From positions 3,720,001-3,784,000 of the forward strand of contig CATNEN010000008.1 in assembly GCA_950097015.1 (NCBI GenBank): a stretch of 64,000 bases of DNA, written 5' to 3'. The translations under genes were made by a program, and so were the position numbers. Source of the stretch: Macrostomum hystrix (Eukaryota; Animalia; Platyhelminthes). The notes beneath the pieces were generated by a model. The model ran no database searches. It had not been told where the DNA came from and saw only the letters and a list, made by a program, of their open reading frames with translations. Position 1 is the stretch's first letter. Each line of letters begins with the position of its first letter. Positions 56,227-64,000 of the stretch are shown in pieces.

Positions 56227-57130
56227 AGTCTATTCCCAGTCAATCAATCAATCTCTCAATCCTGGATAATAAGTTTCAGAAAAAGTCACACCGTGTAATG
56301 ATTACACGCTCCTTAAGTAGAAAAACAAAAAAATAGCCTTTGAATTTGAAGCAATGCTTCGACCCAGGCCAAGCCAAGTCTATGAAGACCCCACTGGGAC
56401 GCATGAAGCCAATAATTCCAGAATGACACAGGATTAAGCAAGGGGATTAGGAGTGAAATTGCACAGTGTGTACTTGCATACTAGCCCCCAAATACAAATG
56501 GATTAAATTTGGTCGCCATGCTGTTGAGTTGAGAGAGAAATAGACGCAGGGCTTGAAACGCAGGATCACCAACAATGAGAGCAATAAAAAACCCGAGTTG
56601 TAGCCATGTAAAAAACCTGCCTTTGTTCCCACAGTTACTAGAGCCTGCCAGCTCTCTCTTCTTTCAATATTGACCCAAGTTGTCTGCCATTTTTCATTTT
56701 CATTTTCTGCTTCTGAGAAATAGTATTTTTTCTTTTTTTAGATGGCCCACATTGTTTCCCAATGCGGGTGTAAGTTACTCTGTTATCTCAAGCATTCCAT
56801 TCTATTTTATTCCTTCAGGCGGGAATTATCAGGTCCACTTTGTACTGACATTCTGGGATCAATAGCGCGGGTTGGTCTGTGAATGGGTAGGGAAAAAAGA
56901 AATAGTAAGCGATAGGCAGTGTGCTGACGGTGTGCTCAGACCCGGGAGAGTGTGCGGGGGGGGAGATGTTGCTGTTGGCAATAAAACCGAGTCCGTTTTT
57001 AGTGGATTGGGAAAACGCGCGCCTGGATGGGATTTGATCATCGATTAATGCCATTTTTCTAGTCATTCTATTACCCATTCTAGGTTCAGGCCAACTGTAA
57101 GATAGTGCAGGTAAATTTAAAGAGAAAAAG

Positions 57131-57912
57131 TGGGTCAGTGGTGGATCAGAGGGTCAGTGGGTCAGGAGGGAGGTGTCGAAAGACCCGCAGTGGGTCAGAG
57201 GGAGGTGTCGAAAGACCCGCAGTGGGTCAGAGGGAGGTGTCGAAAGACCCGCAGTGGGTCAGAGGGAGGTGTCGAAAGACCCGCAGTGGGTCAGAGGGAG
57301 GTGTCGAAAGACCCGCAGTGGGTCAGAGGGAGGTGTCGAAAGACTTGTCAGTGGGTCAGGAGGGAGGTGTCGAAAGACTGGTCAGTGGGTCAGGACGGAG
57401 GTGTCGAAAGACTGGTCAGTGGGTCAGAGGGAGGTGTCGAAAGACTTGTCAGTGGGTCAGGAGGGAGGTGTCGAAAGACTTGTCAGTGGGTCAGAGGGAG
57501 TTGTCGAAAGACTTGTCAGTGGGTCAGAGGGAGGTGTCGAAAGACTTGTCAGTGGGTCAGGAGGGAGGTGTCGAAAGACTGGTCAGTGGGTCAGGAGGGA
57601 GGTGTCGAAAGACTTGTCAGTGGGTCAGGAGGGAGGTGTCGAAAGACTGGTCAGTGGGTCAGGAGGGAGGTGTCGAAAGACTTGTCAGTGGGTCAGGACG
57701 GAGGTGTCGAAAGACTTGTCAGTGGGTCAGGAGGGAGGTGTCGAAAGACTTGTCAGTGGGTCAGGAGGGAGGTGTCGAAAGACCCGCAGTGGATCAGGAG
57801 GGAGTTGTCGAAAGTCTTGTCAGTGGGTCAGAGGGAGGTGTCGAAAGACTTGTCAGTGGGTCAGGACGGAGGTGTCGAAAGACTTGTCAGTGGGTCAGGA
57901 GGGAGGTGTCGA
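57131..57912. repeat. 32/33-bp minisatellite (GTGGGTCAGAGGGAGGTGTCGAAAGACCCGCA)
   Basis: Period 57181->57213. Confidence 0.95.
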
Positions 57913-58724
57913 AGTCGATGGTGGAGCGGTGATAGAATCTCTGAGAGATAAGAGAATAGATTTCAATAAATGACGCCAAAGTCGGTCATGATGCCAGCTA
58001 CCCAAAGTACTCAACCCTCTGAGGTTTTTTAAGTACTTCAGAGCTCAAATCATTGCTGACTCATGCGCACTCACAGCGGTAGGACTTGCCTTGCTCTGCT
58101 GTGAAGACAAAAATGTGTCAAGAAAAGTCTAGAGACGCTTTAGCAAGAAAATATGGCCAACGCAGAGTCAGCTAGGGCATTGTGCAAATTTAATGCCATG
58201 AATGAGTTGGAATATGTTGGAAGTCCTTTCACGACAGTGTCGCATCTGCGCGGCCCGTCCCATTGTCTGCCCTCCTGCACTAGCCGAGTGTACCCAGCAC
58301 ACTCCAGTGGTAATATTCTGCATGCAGACTGCGGGACCCTGAAAATGTCTTTTTATTTACGTTGCGAAACCTGCAGAGAGGCAGGGACAGGGCGGATAGG
58401 GGGGAGGGCGGGTGTCACACCGCTGTGGGGAAGACTGGGGGGCTGTGACGAGCGATGGGATAATTGCACTTGGCCTTCCCCAGCGCACATACACATCCCA
58501 CACACTGAGGGGTGTCTCTCCAATGCGACTTGGCCGCTTGGGATCGACAATTAACAAGTATAAACTTGCTGCTGCTGTTTAAGCTCTGTCGGTTGCTTGC
58601 TAGGGGTGAGCTTGGAAACTGGGGGGCGCACAACAGATATGCCGCAGCAGCAGAAATATTATTATGGAATTTAATAGGTCACTATATGCGTCCTGCCAAC
58701 AGACAGGCGACAGACACAGTGATG

Positions 58725-58925
58725 AGATTAGAGTGATGAGATAAGAGGTTTAGAGGTGAGGAAGGTCGAAGTGTGAGAGATGAGATGGAAGTGAGAGAGG
58801 AGATGGGAATCGAGAGATGAGATGGGAGTGAGAGAGGAGATGAAAGTGAGAGATGAGATAAAAGTGAGAGATAAGATGGGAATCTAGAGAGGAGATGGAA
58901 TTGTGAGAGATGAGATGCAGAGATT
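58725..58925. repeat. Degenerate GA-rich repeat (GAGATGAGATGGGAGTGA-like)
   Basis: Direct reading. Confidence 0.7.
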
Positions 58926-59744
58926 ATATTAGGTAAAAAAGCAAATTATATTTCCAAAAGTTGCATCCATCTGGCTCTGACTGAACAAACAATTTCTCCA
59001 CCAAAAGTCCCCCATCATGACCTCTGAAATGGGATGACTTTTAGATCATCCCAAAGTTATCGCGTGCCGAAAAAAGTCAATCTGCCGGAGTTGTCACCGA
59101 CCCCGACTAACTTTTTTGTGTTCGAAAAACTCATTAATTTTTTCGCTTGCTAAGGCAAAAAGGAATAATCCAAGGGAAAATCCATTGACTTACAGAATTT
59201 CTTAGAAAATTAATTCTTTCAACATCCCAGCAAATTTTCACCTGAGCTGGACAGTACTCAGCTGATGCTTCACCTCTCACACTCGCTGCCTGTGCTCAGC
59301 TTTCCCTTGCTCAGCTTTAACTTTTTTTCTCCGCGTGAGAATGGCCTCCTTTAAAGTTGGGATTTCCACTTCAGTCTTCCTCTCTTCTGAGCAGCTCCCC
59401 CACTCACTCACTCTCTCTCTCTCTCAGCTTGTACACAATTCTATTTCCCAGTAGAGCGAGGAGGCGCGGGAAACGATTGCCGTAGTGAGTGGCCGCACTG
59501 GCCTAAGGCTAAGAGTAAAATTAAGTCACCAAGTTTAGCAAGTGGTTAGTTGAGGCGGTCTGTTGAAGACGACGGCTGTAGCGATTGAGCACACACTCTC
59601 TCTCTCAATCACACGACAGTGCAGGTAGAAGAGTCGGTTTGAGTGTTGCGAATCAAAGACTTAAATCTGGTGATTTAAGATGACCCGAACTCTCTTATCT
59701 TCAGTTGGACTTCTTCTCCTTGTTTGCGAAAGAAGAGTTCGTAA

Positions 59745-60290
59745 AGGGAAGGGAGGGTAGGTAAAGAGGAGGGAGATTCGGTAGCAGAGGCAGAGTAGGT
59801 AGGAGAGGAGGGAGAGTAGGTAGAGGGGAGGGAGAGTAGGTAGTGGGGAGGGAGAGTAGGCAGTGGGGAGGGAGAGTAGGTATGAGAGGGAGAGTAGGTA
59901 GGAGAGGTAGAGTAGGTAGGAGAGGGAGCTAGTAGATATAGAGGGTGAGTAGGTAGGAGAGGGTGAGTAGGCAGGAGAGGGAGCTAGTAGATATAGAGGG
60001 TGAGTAGGTAGGAGAGGGTAAGTAGGTAGGAGAGGGAAAGTAGGTAGGGGGAGGAGAGTAGGTAGGAGAGGGTGAGTAGGCAGGAGAGGGAGCTAGTAGA
60101 TATGGAGGGTGAGTAGGCAGGAGAGGGAGCTAGTAGATATGGAGGGTGAGTAGGCAGGAGAGGGAGCTAGTAGATATAGAGGGTGAGTAGGCAGGAGAGG
60201 GAGCTAGTAGATATAGAGGGTGAGTAGGCAGGAGAGGGAGCTAGTAGATATAGAGGGTAAGTAGGTAGGAGAAGTGAGTAGGTAGGATGA
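59745..60290. repeat. Purine-rich minisatellite (GAGTAGGCAGGAGAGGGAGCTAGTAGATATAGAGGGT-like)
   Basis: Direct reading. Confidence 0.88.
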
Positions 60291-60754
60291 ATGCTGGGTT
60301 GCCATTGCTAGTTTGCTAGCAATGCTGGCTGATTTCAATGGCTGATTTAGCGATGGTTCAGTTCGATACCTGAGAAAGGACTCAGAATCAGTCATTGTAT
60401 TTTGGTTAGGGTTTCAACAAATTTCCTACTTCAAGCCGATCGGGGAAGCCACAGTAGCGGAGTGGGGTGGCCTGTCGGGTGGTTATGCGGGATTCGAAAT
60501 AAAAATTATCCGAAAATTCGCCATGAAGCCAGCGTGAACTTCATCTTTCTGGCAAGAGGCTGGGCTAGCAGTTTCTGAATTTATTTTTCATTTGAAAAGT
60601 CTAACCGGCAAATCTCATCGACTGTAATCCGATAGATCCCCTCGGTAAGGGATAAAATAGTGAGAATGTCTATCAGGGAAAGTTCTAGCAAATAATTCAG
60701 ACCCATATCTCTGAGTTGCACTGTTGGCAACTGTCACTTACAGTCGGTAGAACA

Positions 60755-61497
60755 GTGAGGGGAAGAGTGGGAGAGTGAGGGGAGAGTGGGAGAGTGAGGG
60801 GAGAGTGGGAGAAGGAGGGGAAGAGAGGGGGAGTGAGGGGAGAGTGGGAGAGTGAGGGGAGAGTGGGAGAGTGAGGGGAAGAGAGGGAGAGTGAGGGGAA
60901 GAGAGGGAGAGTGAGGGGAAGAGAGGGAGAGTGAGGGGAAGAGAGGGAGAGTGAGGGGAAGAGAGGGAGAGTGAGGGGAAGAGAGGGAGAGTGAGGGGAA
61001 GAGAGGGAGAGTGAGGGGAAGAGAGGGAGAGTGAGGGGAAGAGAGGGAGAGTGAGGGGAAGAGAGGGAGAGTGAGGGGAAGAGAGGGAGAGTGAGGGAAG
61101 AGAGGTAGAGTGAGGGGAAGAGAGGGAGAGTGAGGGGAAGAGAGGGAGAGTGAGGGGAAGAGAGGGAGAGTGAGGGGAAGAGAGGGAGAGTGAGGGGAAG
61201 AGAGGGAGAGTGAGGGGAAGAGAGGGAGAGTGAGGGGAAGAGAGGGAGAGTGAGGGGAAGAGAGGGAGAGTGAGGGGAAGAGAGGGAGAGTGAGGGGAAG
61301 AGAGGGAGAGTGAGGGGAAGAGTGGGAGAAGGAGGGAAGAGAGGGAGAGTGAGGGGAAGAGAGGGAGAGTGAGGGGAAGAAAGGGAGAGTGAGTTGAAGA
61401 GTGGGAGAAGGAGGGAAGAGAGGGAGAGTGATGGGAAGAGAGGGAGAGTGAGAGGGGGAGTGGGGAAAAGAAGGAGAATGGGAAGAGAGAGAGTGGG
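60755..61497. repeat. 20-bp nearly pure polypurine array (GAGAGGGAGAGTGAGGGGAA)
   Basis: Exact 20-bp period from 60901 to 61080. Confidence 0.97.
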
Positions 61498-61854
61498 GTA
61501 CAGATGTTGAGGGCATTGTCATACATGGATTTGCACTTTCCGATAAAAATATCCCAGAATTCAAACGTGAACTAGGGAGGCCCAGTGCGCAAATACAGTT
61601 TATAAATATTATGCATTACGAACGCAGTTGCAATCAGGTTTGTGAGCTGCCAAGCATTCAAAGTCAATCAATCGAGCAGTGCAAACTCGGCAAATCGATA
61701 CTTGACCTCCAGGCCGAGACATCACCGGCCTCTCTCAGCTTATTAATATCAAATCCCTAATCGAGCGAATAAAAATCAATACTCGTTAATTTTCTTTTTC
61801 GAAGAAGAATTAACATGTTTTAAGCTATTTGTAAAAGCTTTGGCTAGAAATGTT

Positions 61855-62325
61855 CCGGAATGCGCGGGAATGTGGGGGAATGTACTAGAATGTGCTAGAA
61901 TGTGTGGGAATGTGCAAGAATGTGTAGGAATGTGGGGAATGTTCGGGAATATGTGGGAATGTGGAGGAATGTTCGGGAATGTGTGGGGAATGTGCTAGAA
62001 TGTGCAGGAATGTTCTGGAATGTGCGGGAATGTGGGGGGAATGTGCTGTAACGTGCAGGAATGTTTGGGAATGTGCGAGAATATGTGGGAATGTGGAGGA
62101 ATGTGCAGGAATGTTCGGGAATGTACGGGAATGTGGGGGAATGTGCTAGAATGTTCAGGAATGTGGGGGAATGTTTGGGAATGTGTAGGAATGTGGGGGA
62201 ATGTTTGGGAATGTGGGGGAATGTGGGGGAATGTGTGGGAATGTTTGGGAATGTTCGGGAATGTGGGGGAATGCGCTAGAATGTGTAGGAATGTTCGGGA
62301 ATGTGGGGGAATGTGCTAGAATGTG
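61855..62325. repeat. 10-bp-period GGAATGT-based array
   Basis: GAATG recurs about every 10 bp with variable intervening bases. Confidence 0.9.
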
Positions 62326-62794
62326 CTCGAGTACTGAAATGCGGCCAGACACTGAAAAACAAACAAGCTGAGATTGAATTTGCGTGGCAGCGCAGGACAG
62401 CACAGAGAGGGTGAGAGAAATGGCATCTCCAGATTGATGAAGGCCCGGCACAAGCTACTGAAAGTGCATGTCGTTGCATGAGAGTTCCTGGCCCCATAAC
62501 GATTTGAGTAATTGCTGGCTGAGTGAGGCCGATTGGGACATTTATTCACTCGGGTTCACTTCGCAATCAACGGCTATAGTACTGACTGTCTGACTCGCTT
62601 CTGCCAGCTAACATCCTGCCGCACTGGCATCAACTTCGAGCTGCTCGAACTTAAAGTTCTCCCCTCTCCGAATTCTCAGCGGTAATTTCTCCCCCTCCCC
62701 CGAAATCTCTCACCTTATTTCTCTCCCAAAAAGTATCCCTTTATTTCTGTCCCAAATTTATTAAACTAATTTCTCTTCCAAAAATATCTCTCTT

Positions 62795-62940
62795 TTTGTC
62801 TCCCAAAATTATCCCCATACTTTCACTCCCAAAATTATCCCCATTCTTTCACTCCCAAAATTATCCCCATACTTTCACTCCCAAAATTATCCCCATTCTT
62901 TCACTCCCAAAATTATCCCCATTCTTTCACTCCCAATTTT
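62795..62940. repeat. 26-bp short array (CTCCCAAAATTATCCCCATACTTTCA)
   Basis: Period 62821->62847. Confidence 0.88.
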
Positions 62941-63435
62941 ACCCCCAATTGTCTCCCCAAGATTTCTACCCCAATTTCTCCCATTCCATTCTAATCATAA
63001 CACGTGTCCCGCCCCACATTACAGAATTTCTCCCATTTAGACAGTTTACCAAATCCTCATAATAATTCTACTTCCATATTCAGGTGCTAATCTTCTGATG
63101 GTTCAGGCCACAATGAGCTAGCAGGGTCGGATTAGTGGGCCACTAACCCCGGCTTATCTACACGTTAATAAAAGTGCACAACTTAGGAGATTAGTAAAAC
63201 TGCTCAAAAACTAGCTGGCCACGGTTTGACCTTTCGACTTCTACTTTCTGTCAAAAGGCCCTGACCCGTAAAACGAAATATAAAATGTATCCCACGTTTC
63301 TTAGAAAAATCATAACAGGCTGCCTCGCCGAGGAAGACGAGAGTAGGTTGCGCAACTTAATGCTCGACCAAGCCTCTAAAATTAATTGATTTCATTTGGC
63401 CAGCACCAAGTGTGCTCAGAGGTGGAAAGTAGATT

Positions 63436-63975
63436 GGGAGAAGTAGATTATGAGAGTGGACTGAGAGAAGTAGATTATGAGAGTGGACTGAGAGAAGTAG
63501 ATTATGAGAGTGGATTGAGAGAAGTAGATTATGAGAGTGGACTGAGAGAAGTAGATTATGAGAGTGGACTGAGAGAAGTAGATTATGAGAGTGGATTGAG
63601 AGAAGTAGATTATGAGAGTGGACTGAGAGAAGTAGATTATGAGAGTGGACTGAGAGAAGTAGATTATGAGAGTGGACTGAGAGAAGTAGATTATGAGAGT
63701 GGACTGAGAGAAGTAGATTATGAGAGTGGACTGAGAGAAGTAGATTATGAGAGTGGATTGAGAGAAGTAGATTATGAGAGTGGACTGAGAGAAGTAGATT
63801 ATGAGAGTGGACTGAGAGAAGTAGATTATGAGAGTGGATTGAGAGAAGTAGATTATGAGAGTCGATTGAGAGAAGTAGATAATGAGAGTGGATTGAGAGA
63901 AGTAGATTATGAGAGTGGATTGAGAGAAGTAGATTATGAGAGTGGATTGAGAGAAGTAGATTATGAGGGTGGATA
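63436..63975. repeat. 27-bp minisatellite (GAGAGAAGTAGATTATGAGAGTGGACT)
   Basis: Period 63481->63508. Matches the LREVDYESG pseudo-repeat. Confidence 0.96.
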
Positions 63976-64000
63976 AAGAGAAGCAGATTGAGAGCAGAAT

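Noticed and set aside
58153-58554. 133-aa ORF as a GIY-YIG/LINE fragment or as the next exon of the 55-kb gene
   Set aside because: No motif in the correct order, and no convincing phase-compatible splice sites.
62330-63420. Candidate downstream exons (62330-62410, 62607-62685, 63305-63390)
   Set aside because: Short frames with weak or missing acceptor/donor pairs and no recognisable homology.
29146-63976. Other long repeat ORFs (29146/29150, 33991, 38267-39975, 46682-47731, 54106-54760, 57105-57973, 60734-61564, 63386)
   Set aside because: Each translates a tandem array, often open in several frames or on both strands, with no splice or start context.

Overview
Eukaryotic (animal) genomic DNA. 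It has GC-rich exons with poly-Q/poly-S runs, GT-AG introns, and roughly a third of its length in about 30 different tandem-repeat arrays. This style suggests a free-living flatworm such as Macrostomum, which is inference only. Gene models rebuilt by hand with splice phases checked: CCP110/CP110 (-, 3 exons), TMEM258 (-, 2 coding exons), an unnamed 8-exon type I membrane protein with an F-type-lectin-like domain, two Ig-like domains and a C-terminal EEFLYE (+), RABL2 (+, 6 exons), OGFOD1 (+, start exon not found), a class A peptide-type GPCR (+, 3 exons) with a His/Gln-rich third intracellular loop, and one orphan exon of a probable type II membrane protein. Mobile DNA: a decayed Ty3/Gypsy LTR retrotransposon antisense in RABL2 intron 1, a tRNA-derived CORE-like SINE family (2 near-full and 3 partial copies), a second putative SINE, and a 225-bp hAT-type MITE with 15-bp TIRs and an 8-bp TSD. 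Most long ORFs in the track are tandem-repeat artefacts. Best leads: (i) the lectin-Ig receptor; (ii) four otherwise different minisatellites at 25.7-40.8 kb that share a CCCCTGA-NNN-TTCAGT dyad core; (iii) nearly every larger intron carries its own private minisatellite; (iv) about 46 tandem AP-1 sites directly after the GPCR stop codon; (v) a decayed antisense ORF in the Gypsy element.
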